Source: Octopus sinensis (lineage: Eukaryota). From it: a stretch of DNA of 64,000 nucleotides. Position numbers and translations under genes: made by a program. How positions within the stretch are numbered: the stretch's first letter is position 1; the number at the start of each line of letters is the position of its first letter. The DNA lies in assembly GCF_006345805.1 (NCBI RefSeq), contig NC_042998.1, forward strand, positions 69,998,001 to 70,062,000, read 5' to 3'. The notes beneath the pieces were generated by a model. It made no database searches. It was not told the origin of the DNA and saw only the letters and a program-made list of their open reading frames with translations. This document shows positions 24,080 to 37,045 of this stretch, in pieces.

Positions 24080-24278
24080 ACATATATATACACATGTACA
24101 AAGATTATATATATATTCATATATATATTCATATATATATACATGCATTCATATACATATATGCGTGTGTGTATATATATATGTGTGTGTATGTGTGTAT
24201 GTGTGCACGTATATATAAAATATATATATTATCTCTCTCCTCTCTCTCTCTCCTCATATCATATATATATATATATAC

Positions 24279-24309
<31 letters not shown>

Positions 24310-24719
24310 TATATTATATATATATATATGTATAAATATATATATAGATATACACATATATATACATTTATACACACACATTTACATACCCGCAGGCACA
24401 CACACGCACAAGCACAAACAAACAAACACAAGTGTCGATTGATTAGACACATTCATAATTATCCCATTCTCCCTCCCTCTCCCGCCTCGTTGTGGACCCA
24501 CAAAAGGAAATTGTGAAATATCCAGTCAATAACTTCGATATTTCTCTTTCTAGAAACAAAACAAAGTTGTTAAGAAAGGAAATAATTGAATTTATGGAGA
24601 TAATTGATATCTTTATGTGATAACTGATATCTTTAAACTATAAGTGATATGTACAGATATCGTTTGTTCTTAACTTTGATATATATCTATGTACATATAC
24701 AAGTATACATCAATGATAC

Positions 24720-24808
<89 letters not shown>

Positions 24809-24865
24809 ATATAATATATATATATATTGATATATTATATCTTATATTTTTATGATATATATATC

Positions 24866-24906
<41 letters not shown>

Positions 24907-24926
24907 GTACATATATGTATATATAT

Positions 24927-24973
<47 letters not shown>

Positions 24974-25200
24974 ATATATATGTACATATATATATATATT
25001 AATATAACAAATATTAAATATATATATGCATATGTTATATGTATATATATATGTATGTATATATATATATATCTATATTATATATATATATATATATAAT
25101 ATATCTGTGTATTGGGAAATTGGTTGTGATATATATATATATAATATATATAATTATAGATACATATAATATGTGTGTGTGCGTGTGTGTGTTGTGCGGC
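24080..25200. repeat. Extended (TA)n/(CA)n-rich low-complexity tract
   Basis: Direct reading. Confidence 0.9.
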
Positions 25201-25222
25201 GTGCGTGTGTGTGAGTGTGTGT

Positions 25223-25605
25223 GTAGGTGCAATGGCCTAGTGGTTACGGCAGTGGACTTGCGGTCGTAGGATCGCAGTTTCGATTCCCGCACGAGGCGTT
25301 GTGTGCGTTAATTGAACAAAAACGCCTAAAAGCTTCACGAGACTCCGGCAGGGGATGGTGAGGAATCCTGCTGTGATCCTCCGCCACATCTTTCTCTCAC
25401 TCTGTCTTCCTGTTTCTGTTGTACCTGTATTTCGAAGGGCCAGCCTTGTCACATTCTGTATCACGCTGAATCTCGCCGAGAACTATGTTAAGGGTACACG
25501 TGTCTGTGGAGTGCTCAGCCACTTGCACGTTAAATTTCACAGACAGGGTGTTCCGTTGATCGGATCAACTGCAACCCTCGTCGTCGTAACCGACGGAGAA
25601 CCACC
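25223..25605 (+). mobile_element. tRNA-derived SINE with D-type head and long E-type tail
   Basis: TGGCCTAGTGG A-box, GTTTCGATTCCC B-box; tail shared with 41437-41690. Confidence 0.85.
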
Positions 25606-25627
25606 ATACATTTATGTATAATATATA

Positions 25628-25690
<63 letters not shown>

Positions 25691-26049
25691 ATAATATGTA
25701 TTATGTATGTATATGTATGATTTATAAATGCCTACGTATAGATATATTACATATGCACAAAATAATACATACAATCACACAACACACACACACACACACT
25801 ATCAGATATGGTGTTTGTTGTGTTGTGTGCGTGTGTGTGAGTGGTGTGTATGGTGTGTATAAGTGTAAACGTATCTGATTAATATGGATGATATATAATA
25901 TAAATATATATATATATTATATATATATATATCTTATATATATTATATATATATATATATCAATAAGATACGCTTAACTTATACACACGCGTACATATCT
26001 AGAAGTGACATGGTGTGTTTTTGGATGTGTGTGTGTATATATATATTAG

Positions 26050-26080
<31 letters not shown>

Positions 26081-26091
26081 TAATATATATA

Positions 26092-26132
<41 letters not shown>

Positions 26133-26539
26133 ATATATATATATATAATAAAAATACAGCTATATATTAGACATACATATGTATACACACACACCGACAC
26201 ATGCATATGTATTTGTCTATCAATGTATGTGTGAATACGTTTGCGCGCGTGTGTGTGTGCGTGCTTGTGCGTGTGTGTGTGTGTGTGTGTTTGTGTGTGT
26301 GCGTGTGTATGAATTTAAATGCAAAAGTGAGGTTATGATCGTGGGGTGTATGAGTGTAAGGGTGTGCCACAAAGGACTACGTGAGAGGCGTAGTGCGAGT
26401 AGCGGGTGATGTAAGAGTATAGGAAGTGTGGAGGGGAACGAGTAGTGACGGGTGGCGAAACACTCGGAGGAGGGTGGAGGCCCTGAGAAGAACGGCTTGT
26501 TGATCCAGCTACCAATTCTAAATAAACCTTAGAGATTAT

Positions 26540-26736
26540 ATATATTATATAGATATTAATAGATATAATATATATATATAGATATATTAGATAGATATTT
26601 ATATACATATTCTTTTATACATATATATGTACATACATATATATATATACATATATATATATATACATACATATATATGTAGATATATATATATATATAT
26701 ATATATACATTATATATATATATATATATATATATA

Positions 26737-26788
<52 letters not shown>

Positions 26789-27187
26789 TATATATATACA
26801 CCCACACATATATATATACATATATATATATACTGAATGTAAGCAAAACATACATCAAAGTTGTGTAGATTTGACGTCAGCTGGTGGGGCAAGACATGGT
26901 GTAAGGATTGGGTGTGGTGGGGTGGGTGTGTATATGGAAGTCTGTCGACGGCGGTGGATGTGGTGGAGGAAAGATGGTGTTGTATACAGAGATGATATGT
27001 GAGGAAGATGGGTGGAAAATCATAGAATGCACCAATGGGTTGAAGAGATTATCAATTATAGATATCATACCATATCCGGCTATATATACATACATATATA
27101 TGTATGTATGTATGTATGTATGATGTATGTATGTATGTATGTATATATGTAGATATATATATACATATATAAATATATATACTTATA

Positions 27188-27219
<32 letters not shown>

Positions 27220-27500
27220 CATATATGTATATATATACATATATACATACATATATATATTTATAATACATATATACGTACTTATATATACATATATATA
27301 TACATATATACATGTATATATTATATATATTCATATATATGCATATATGCATATATATTTTTATATGCATACATACATACATATATATATATACATATAT
27401 ATATATACCTATATATATACATATATATATGTATGTATCTGTATATATATATATATATATAATATATATATATATATATTATATATATATATAAATGAAT
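26540..27500. repeat. (TA)n/(TACA)n-rich tracts
   Basis: Direct reading; interrupted by short unique blocks. Confidence 0.85.
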
Positions 27501-27689
27501 GTATATGTATGCCTTGGGGTATACATATACGTTCTTCATATATTGGAATCGTAATGGCGGCATCGTGACAAGCGACGCCTCTTGGGTATTTTTTAATTTC
27601 ACTTTGCCTGTCCATCTGTAGGACTGACCACCGCCGATTTTTCCAGAAATACAGACAGAATTAAAGAAAAAATAACAGAAGAATGGATC

Positions 27690-27840
27690 TCACTACAGGG
27701 CTGGTTCTACATTTATCGCCTCCGAAGTGATGAAAGGCAAAGGTGGTCTCCGTTGGGTTTGAACATAGGTCGCAAAAAGTCAGAACGAGTGCCGTATGGT
27801 AATACATCTCACGGTCTAACGTCTCCGCCGATTCGCCTTA
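27690..27840 (-). mobile_element. Degraded SINE B
   Basis: GATGAAAGGCAAAGG...TTTGAAC...CTAACG...CCGCC remnants. Confidence 0.5.
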
Positions 27841-27868
27841 TGTGGGTTAATATGAATATGTATGTATG

Positions 27869-27945
<77 letters not shown>

Positions 27946-27946
<1 letters not shown>

Positions 27947-28080
27947 ACTAGCAGTATCGCCCGGCATTGCTCGGGTTTATAAGGGAAGTAACTATATAAG
28001 CATTTTTTGAGTTATAGCCCAAAAGTAGCAAAAAAATGCAAAAAATGCATGGAAAAAAAATGATGGTAAATTTTTTTATT
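27946..28080 (+). mobile_element. Helitron/DINE-1(Lep1)-like 5' end
   Basis: T-ACTAGCAG start with subterminal CCCGG...CGGG hairpin, as in DINE-1/Lep1-type elements. Confidence 0.5.
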
Positions 28081-28101
28081 TTTTATATGTATGTATGTAT
28101 G

Positions 28102-28137
<36 letters not shown>

Positions 28138-28278
28138 TACATACTTCATACACATGTACATTCATAGTTATACCCGTGTACATGTGTATGTATGAATGTA
28201 TTGTATGCAACAACACACACACACACACAACACATACAAACACACACACACACATATATATATACACACATATATATA

Positions 28279-28478
28279 TTTGTGTGTCTGTATTTGTCTC
28301 CCCACATTCGCTGAACAACCAATATTGGTGTGTTTACGTCCCCGTAACTTAGCTGTTCGGCAAAATAGACAGATAGAAAAAGTACTAGCCCTACAAAGAG
28401 TAACTCGTGGGGTCGATTAATTCGACTAAAGGCGGTGCTCCAGCATGGCCGCAGTCAAATGACTGAAACAAAAGAATA
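28279..28478 (+). mobile_element. SINE family A, 3' half
   Basis: GTGTTTACGTCCCCGTAACTTAG...GGCGGTGCTCCAGCATGGCCGCAGTCAAATGACTG. Confidence 0.85.
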
Positions 28479-28595
28479 TATAGCAATTCTTATGAATAAT
28501 CTTGTATAATGGTGTATGAATATAAACTTAGCAACTTAAAGCTTGTGTGCGGTGCAAAAGCATGTATGTATGTATGTATGTATGTATGTATATAT

Positions 28596-29833
28596 GATTG
28601 ATTGATTGATTGATTGATTCTAGTTTCAGCTTATGAGCTGTGGCACCGCCATTTGGTGTTGCTACTTGGTTTCACTTCATGGAGGCTTTCTAGCAACTGC
28701 TATTTGGTGCATGAGAGAGTTCGATGCAGCTGCCCTCATCTGCCCCTCCTGCGTGAAGTTGGTTTCATCTGGGACACCTGACAGGAGAGATCCAGCTTCA
28801 TTTTAAAGACTTTGTATCCACCCCATGCAGGTCTCTCAGGTTCTTCGTGAGGATATGAAGAGCTGTGGGCCTCGGAAGCCCAGGCTATCACAGAATCTTG
28901 TTCCTACATCTTGATGGCAGGTTTGGAGTCCTAGGCACCACGCAGTGGCGCCCAGTTCTGGCATTTGCGTAACTCTCGATGCCAAAGTTCAGACACTTCC
29001 CTCCAGGATCTTCCAGATGTATATTATGGCATATCTTTTCCCGCCTACGCTCCAGGGAATATAATTTTAATCTCTTGATTCTTTCCCAGTAGCTTACATT
29101 CTGCATAGAGGCTATCTTCTTTGTGTAGCTTCATTGGATCGCCTCAAGTTCTGTGATCAACTTGACACTGGATGGTGACCATAGCTGAGAGCAATAGTCA
29201 AAGTGGCTTAGGACAAGTGTCTTCCAGAGGACCATCATGGTTTCTTGTTCTCTTGTTCTAAAGGTTCTAAGAATCCATCCAGCCAGCCGTCTACATTTCA
29301 TTGTCAGTTTAGCAACATGTACATGAAAGGTCGCGTCATCACTCATGTGAATCCCAGGTCACGCACTGATTGTGCCTCTGGGATTGCAATCCCTCCGGGT
29401 CCAGTGTATTCATTGGGTATTGCATTCAGTTTTGCATGCTGATAGTATAAAGCTTGAAACTTTCCAGCCATTGAACTGCATGCTATTCTTTTCAGCCCAC
29501 TTGTATATTTCCGTCCAGCTCACATTGCAGGTGTTTAGTGTCCTCAGGGTTCTGTATTGCCTGTGAAACTTTTGTATCATCTGCATAACTTGTGATCGTG
29601 GCTCTCTGCGTGGCTGAGGGCATGTCTGAGAGGGCCATTATGAACAGTAGTGGTCCCAGAACAGTGCCCTGCGGAACACCGCTCACTATTTGTGTGTTAA
29701 TGGAGGTGGCCCCATTGGCTACTACCACCTGACTTCTATCCTTCAGAAAGTCATGAAACCATTCTCCCAGTTTTCCAACTATGTTGAGATCACGCAGTTT
29801 GTGACATATCATTCCATGATCGACTTTATCAAG
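28596..29833 (-). mobile_element. CR1-type LINE, 5'-truncated, frameshifted RT to 3' end
   Basis: DKVDH, SGVPQGTVLGPLLF, YADD, RDLG, HFDYCSQLWSP, LYSLERRR motifs; 3' UTR and (AATC)n tail. Confidence 0.9.
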
Positions 29834-29875
29834 TCGATATATATATATATATATATGTGTGTGTGGTGTGTGTGT

Positions 29876-29945
<70 letters not shown>

Positions 29946-29950
<5 letters not shown>

Positions 29951-30160
29951 CAAAATAAGCTACAAGGACATCCAGAGGTAATGCAGTACGATCGTTTCAA
30001 ACATCTTCATTTAATTGAACAATGCAATCCTCAGTTGCATAAAGACATAGAATTAAATCAAATTAAAACAGATGGACACATTAGTATAATTTTACCTAAA
30101 ACCTCCAAGGGGGTAAGGAGATAGACAAAGAAGATGCCGTCTTCACTTCAGCTTAGAAGC
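29946..30160 (-). mobile_element. Penelope-type terminal fragment
   Basis: Between TA arrays; contains the hammerhead-like motif at 29981-30040. Confidence 0.45.
29981..30040 (-). ncRNA. Minimal type I hammerhead-like motif
   Basis: ATGCAA-CTGAGGA-(29 nt)-GAAA-CGATCG-TA-CTGCAT; palindrome ACGATCGT; helix I 5 bp plus an A-C mismatch. Confidence 0.55.
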
Positions 30161-30206
<46 letters not shown>

Positions 30207-30560
30207 AGTCTTGTTCGTGTTGCATCTTCGTACTGCTTAATTGAGCGCGGCTCTGTGCACCTTGGGTATCTGCAGAGTTTTGTTTTTTCTTCTATTCTCA
30301 CCCGTCCTGGAGAACTTTGAAAAAGGCGATCTTGACGCCTTCTCCATCAGCAAAGATTCCGAACATTCTTCTCAGACCCTCGGGATTCCTTCTTTACTCT
30401 TGTTTCTTACCAGCAGTATTGACTTGTAATATTTCATCGTGAGAATTAATGGAATCAGTCTCACTGGTCGCAGAATGTCTGCAATAACCTTATGCACCGA
30501 CCAGTCTTCCATCCTCTACGGTTAAAAATAAACACATTGACAGTCTTCTCTTTTATATAT

Positions 30561-30970
30561 TACTCTTTACTTGTTTCAGTCATTTGACTGCGGCCATGCT
30601 GGAGCACCGCCTTTAATCGAGCAACTCGACCCCGGGACTTATTCTTTTGTAAGCCCAGTACTTATTCTATCGGTCTCTTTTGCCGAACCGCTAAGTAACG
30701 GGGACATAAACACACCAGCATCGGTTGTCAAGCAATGCTTGGGTGACAAACACAGACACACAAACACACACACACGCATATATATATACATATATACGAC
30801 GGGCTTCTTTCAGTTTCCGTCTACCAAGCTTCTTTCAGTTTCCGTCACAAGGCTTTGGTCGGCCCGAGGCTATAGCAGAAGACACTTGCCCAAGGTGCCG
30901 CGCAGTGGGACTGAACCCGGAACCATGTGGTTGGTTAGCAAGCTACTTACCACACAGCCACTCCTGCGCC
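30561..30970 (-). mobile_element. SINE family A, full length, young
   Basis: Near identical to 16859-17346; internal duplication of GCTTCTTTCAGTTTCCGTC at ~30803-30846. Confidence 0.9.
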
Positions 30971-31449
30971 TATTATACAACTTGTTTTGGTTTGTTGTGT
31001 ATATGTATAAATCCCGTTAAATATTTGGTTAAATAGTTTTCGCCCTCGTTTTTAAATTAATTCCCAGTGAAACTATTACTACAAATTTTGCTTCAGTTCT
31101 TGAATCCCATGTTTTGGTTATAACTATTTTAGATCTGTATATTTCGATAGTTACTGCATTTATGATGGAATTGATAGATAAGCCAGGAAAACTCTCTTTC
31201 TGATCAGCCTTTCACATCAATAATCTAGCCAATCAGGTTTACTCTTCTTGTTTTATGAATCGACGTGTCCCAGAGTATAGTAACGTTATCATTCTTTGAG
31301 ACCATTTCTAGTTTATCCACGTGTTGCTGGCAAAATCGTAATACATTTTATACACAAGTTTACTGCAGATTCACTTGCATGTCTATAGGTTTACTCTGTT
31401 CATACACGCATGTATTTCTGTGTTTTTCTGCAGACACGGTTACATGTAA

Positions 31450-31507
<58 letters not shown>

Positions 31508-31699
31508 TTACACATATGTGCATGTACTTCAACAACACTTTGAGTACGCTGTGTTAATTTCTGTTATCAGTAACATTTCGCCGTTTTTCCTATAACATTG
31601 TTAACGTCAAAACTGAAGCCATTTTAAAATATCAATAATATTATCTTGCTGATCAGACTTGTCAAAGTAACCAGTCAAAGTAACTTGTCGAGCTGCAGA

Positions 31700-32620
31700 G
31701 AATATATTTTCTCATTCTGTGATTACGATAGGAGAAAACCATCTTTATCAGTTTATCCAGAATTTCGGCTTTTTGGTTGAGTTTATATTTCCTACACGCT
31801 TTTGGTTAAGACTAGGCATGCAGAAACATTGTGATTAATTGCTTCTTCACAACCTCCATATATGCTGCAGTTGCTTTTTGTGTTCTGTTTCTCTACATGT
31901 TGTTTCTGGGAAGAAGGCTTCGGTATTGTGCTACAATATAAATTCCTTCGGTCTCAGCTTTCTAGCCTGCGCTTTTCAGTCAGTGCTGAGATATTCTTTA
32001 TCCTGTCTCTTTTTTTTATTCTTTCATTTTTTTCTGATGTTAGCCACGTTCGGACTAAGTCCCATTTTTATCTTAGGTTTTAGCTTTTCAGTAATTCCTA
32101 TTGTAGTTTCTTCATTCTCATCACCATTGACCAAAACTTTAGTTCCTATATTCACTAGATTCTTTGAAGACGAAGAACGGATTTTTTTTTGTTTTGCTCA
32201 TGTTTGTGTATCTTTTTTTTTATTAGTTGCCACGTATTCTCAACTAGATATTTTTGTAATCTCACAGGGGACATGCAATATTATAGCTATATTATAGTTC
32301 TCTATAGTACCCCTCCATTTCCCAGTATTCGTGATAAATATAATATACTGTGACTGATTTGAGGTGGTTTATTCTAATAGAAGTTATCATTATTGATGCT
32401 GTTGTTCTTGTTTCTTTCTCTAATTTTGTTAATTCATTGAACATACAGCTGAAAACATATGAACGAAACTTTGTTAGAGTAGCTTGGATAGTAATACCTA
32501 TTATATTATTTTCTATACTTGGTTTTATTTTAAGCATTAATTTAACTCATATGTAGTATTCCTTCATATCCTTTTCTTTGTGCGTGTGTTTTACTCTGCA
32601 ATTTTCTTATCTCTGTTTCT
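31700..32620 (-). mobile_element. R4/Dong-like (RLE) LINE relic, thumb to Cys-knuckle region
   Basis: Degenerate translations NELTKLEKETR, GLQKYL-like, KSAG*KAETEG...CEEAINHNVSAC. Confidence 0.6.
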
Positions 32621-32717
32621 TTATCTAAGCCCCTACATTACATGTGTTAAATCTTACTGTATTTAATGTATAGAGAGCTTCATTAACTATATTGTGAATA
32701 ATCAGTAGCATTGCCTT

Positions 32718-32748
<31 letters not shown>

Positions 32749-33579
32749 ATTCCTACTAATAATCAGGCCAACTTAGTTCTATGTAACCTTAGTAATAAAT
32801 CACTATGTACCATTAATAGCCAGTGCCTTAGGGAAAATCACTACTCTTGGTAAAGAACATGTTTATATTGGTGCGTCCTCTTCCTCATCCAGTCTTCGTT
32901 GGAATAATCTCAGATCTACATCAAGGCATAAAGAAAAAGCTAATAGTATATCTCAAGCTAAATTTGTACATTCTCTCACTGACAATAATATTGAATTTAA
33001 AATTACATGGTCTATTGTAAGTAATGTACAACCATATAAAGGTTGCGGTGGCTGGTGTGGGCTCTGAGTGTCTGAGGTGTTCCATATTAATAAAATTAAA
33101 TCGAATATTATTAATCAGCGTGATGAATAGATTGTCCGGTGCCAACACCCTATATACAAATCATTCCTCTATGATAACTATACTTTACCTTACATTTAAT
33201 TATTGAATCTACACTAATAAAATTTATTATATAGATCAATGCAATTGAATAATTTCCTACCTTTGTTAACCATAATTTGTTCAAATCTTAGCAATAAATA
33301 ATTATTCGGCCATAGTCAAATAGTCTGTTATTTGTAAAAATACTTTCTACTCAATGATGCTCGCACCTTAAATCTTTCCAATAGGCTAACTATGCATAAA
33401 CTTTCACTTAATCATTAAACCTACACTAATATACTTTATAACCTGGATCAATATCAATAAATAGTTCCCTACCTTGGTTAACCATGATTTGATCTTACCT
33501 CAGTAATAGACAATGTATAAGACAATATTCAAGCATTCTGATATTTGTAAAAATACTTTTTACCCTCTCATATATAACA

Positions 33580-34135
33580 TTCCTGTCTGTTCATGGCGAA
33601 GGCGGAAGTCTGGATGACCCCTGTACAAAGACAATCCGAACACAGACAACAGGTATTGAAGTGAATAACCAGTAGAGCGGAAATAGTGCGAGACCGGGGT
33701 GTCATTGCCGAGTCTGATGTCTCGGAGGTGTTCCGCAAACCGGTCAACCGAGCGGCATCCCGTTTGACCGATGTACAGAGAAGGGCAGAAAGAGCAGGAG
33801 ATGCAGTAAATGACATTGTTAGAAGTGCAGGTAAAGGAGTCGGTGATATGATGGGGTCGATGATGGGTGCCTGTGAGAATGGTGGTATCGGAGAGATAAG
33901 GACAAATGCGGTAGCGTGGGTGGGAGCAGGGGAACGAGTGAGGTTGAGAGGTGGAGTGAGGGAAGAAACTATGGACCAGGAGGTCACGCAGTTTGTGGGC
34001 TCGTTTGAAGCAGGGAAGGGGTTGGTTGAGGAATATGTGCGAGGTGGCGGGGCCGGACTGGAGTTGCTGGAAGGCCCGGAGAATGGTGTGTTGGAGGGGT
34101 AGGTGGAGGGATGGTAGGTGATGGGAAACAGGAGA
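33580..34135 (-). mobile_element. Penelope-like element fragment encoding a GIY-YIG endonuclease
   Basis: Open frame FPCSHPRYRICPY...NVIYCISC...LYIGQTG...RFAEHLRDI. Confidence 0.9.
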
Positions 34136-34350
34136 TATATGTCTACATTCTGGTATGTATGTACATATGCATATATATGTATCCATATCTGTGCTAGTGT
34201 GTGGATGTATATTTCAATTTCTATATTTAAATAGGCACGAGTGCTTGCATTTATACAGTTCTGTGTATATGTTCATTTATATGTAAGAACTATACATATC
34301 TAAGTGAGTATATGTGCGTGTTTATGTGAGTCTGTGTGCATGTATGTATG

Positions 34351-34388
<38 letters not shown>

Positions 34389-34391
<3 letters not shown>

Positions 34392-34800
34392 TCTTTACTC
34401 TTTACTCTTTTACTTGTTTCAGTAATTTGACTGCGGCCATGCTGGAACACCTCCTTTTAATCGAGCAAATCGACCCCGGGACTTATTCTTTTGTAAGCCC
34501 AGTACTTATTCTATCGGTCTCTTTTGCCGAACCGCTAAGTAACGGGGACATAAACACAGCAGCATCGGTTGTCAAGCAATGCTAGGGGGACAAACACAGA
34601 CACACAAACACACGCACGCATATATATAATATATATATGTACATATATACGACGGGCTTCTTTCAGTTTCCGTCTACCAAATCCACTCACAAGGCTTTGG
34701 TCGGCCCGAGGCTATAGTAGAAGACACTTGCCCAAGGTGCCTCGCAGTGGGAACCATGTGGTTGGTAAACAAGCTACTTACCACACAACCACTCCTGCAT
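34389..34800 (-). mobile_element. SINE family A, young, small deletion near the B-box
   Basis: Near identical to 16859-17346. Confidence 0.9.
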
Positions 34801-34837
34801 ATATATATATATATATATAATATATATATATATATAT

Positions 34838-34870
<33 letters not shown>

Positions 34871-35619
34871 ATGTGTGTATACATGTGTATATAAGTGTAT
34901 ACATGTATAACTTATATTTATTTGAATTCATACAAAAACAGATATAAACAAAATATAAATACACATATATACACATGTATGCATATGAATGTATGTATGT
35001 ATACTTATGTGTATATACATATATTTGTTTGCGTGTACCCCAATGTTTGTCTCCTTGTGGTCTTTGTGTATATTAAAGGGCATTGGCGTATACAGCTGTG
35101 TGAGTGCGTTTGCGTAATTTTTGGGATGTTATTACTTATGTGCATGTGCTTTTAGGTGTGAGTATTGTTTTGGTTTCACTGGAGTTCAGTCGGGAAGTAT
35201 TTTGAGGTGTAGTTAGAAAATGTAATTAAAAATAAGATCCACATGCTTTTGTGTATGGTGTTTTGACCTTTTAATTTTAAAATTACAGCTGTTCAATACT
35301 ATCTATAAATACACTTGTCTCTTCCCTATTGAATTCGTTTATATTATAATTTTATATGTACTTATATAGTTTAAAAATATGTTTTTTTTTTTTTTCATGT
35401 TTACTATAATTTACTGTACATCCTCTCCTTATCCCACCCCGTCGTTCGTTAACATATAGGATGGTCGATTCCTTGAACTTAGATCCGGTACCTTCATTGG
35501 TATGAAACAGCATATCTTTATGTTTACCGACCATACGATGCTAATTTTATCTAGTCTCAGTGTTCCATACCATATATATATAAAGAGAATTTTTATGTGT
35601 ACTTAGAAATGAATCACTT

Positions 35620-36790
35620 GTGTAACCAGTCTTGTTAACTGAGTACAGCCTAATAAAACCTAAAAACAGCTGACTTTCACCAGTTCTCTTAAAACATCAT
35701 CAAATCCACTCTACACAGCACTGATTGCGTAGTACAACAATTTAGATCAACCAATTTAACTGGAATTATCTTCCTTGCTTTTTGGCTTTGGATTTTAAAA
35801 CCTCTCGAGAGAAGATTCTCTACTTATTGTTTGGATGTTCTTATGGGACTGAAGTTTTCAACTCACTGTATATATGAAGCCCTTCCCTATTTGTATTTAC
35901 TTTTTCGCAACCATGTTGTTAAGATAAGATCATTATTTTAATTGATTCTCCGTTTTTCAACTTGACTTGGTGCATAGTTTCCAATCTAAATCTCATATCA
36001 TTTTCTCTATTAAATCCGTGTACTGTCTGTAGTAGTGTTTCTAGCTGCTTATCATTTTCCAGAAACGATTTGATGTTGCCTAGGGGCTGCTGAAATGTTC
36101 TTGATTTTAAGAGTATAACGAAAGACCTGATTGGAGGCCCAACCTTCCGAGTTGTTTACAGGGCTTAGAAAAACTGAAGGATCGCAGCAATAACTGTGAA
36201 TCTGAGAGGGAAATATATCGAATAAAATCATAATTACCTGATCCTCCTCTATTATCTTTCATCCAAAGCAGGAACTTTTCAGCATCCCCTCGTAAAAAAA
36301 GATTGTTGATTGTCCTTTCATTTGTGACCGAGTCTTGTCCAGTTAACATACTAGTTGAAAATTTTAACTTCCGACAGAAAAGGTGAAGAGGGAAGGAGTC
36401 TTTTTGAAACATTCCTCTTACCATAGAAATGGATTTGTTATTGTAATCCAATTTTTTCATCGGCAGATATATTTACTATTTGCTCATGCCACATGCGATG
36501 TATCAGGTAATTAGTAGCTTTGTCCCTATCTTGGATAATAATTCCATGATCCACGTAAGGAGAATATTGTAAAAACTCGAATGACTGTCAATCCCTGCAA
36601 TACTCAGACCTTTCTCCGTTTACAATCATCAGTTTGGGCTATGTCGATCACTACTTCATCTTTAGAACGATATGAGTTTTTGTTCGTGTTCCTCGGTTAG
36701 TAAATTGTTTTTCCAGTCAATTATCTATCATTGCAGTTAAGCGTTTGTAAGATGCAATTAGGCAGGCTATGGGTTTGTAGTTTTCCTTTG
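35620..36790 (-). mobile_element. R4/Dong-like LINE relic, RT region
   Basis: Degenerate PIACL, DCKRRK, VRGMFQKDSF, QLETLLQTVHGF...MRF motifs. Confidence 0.65.
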
Positions 36791-36862
36791 TGTTTTTTTT
36801 TTTTCGTTATTCACTTCTTGAGGGATTGATTGATATTTTCTTTTATTAATAACTTTTCAGAT

Positions 36863-37045
36863 GGCGCCGAGCTGGCAGAATCGTTAGTACCCCGAACAAA
36901 ATGCTTCGTGGTATTTCGTTCATTGTCTCGTTCTGAATTTAAATTCCACGGCTATCAATTTTGCCTTTCATCTTTTTTCGGGGTCGATAAAATAAGTTAC
37001 TGGGGTCAATATAATCGACTGAACTCTCTTCCTAAATTTCAAATA
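36863..37045 (+). mobile_element. SINE family B, diverged
   Basis: GGCGCCGAGCTGGCAGAATCGTTAG head; TTTCGGGGTCGATAAAATAAG core. Confidence 0.8.
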
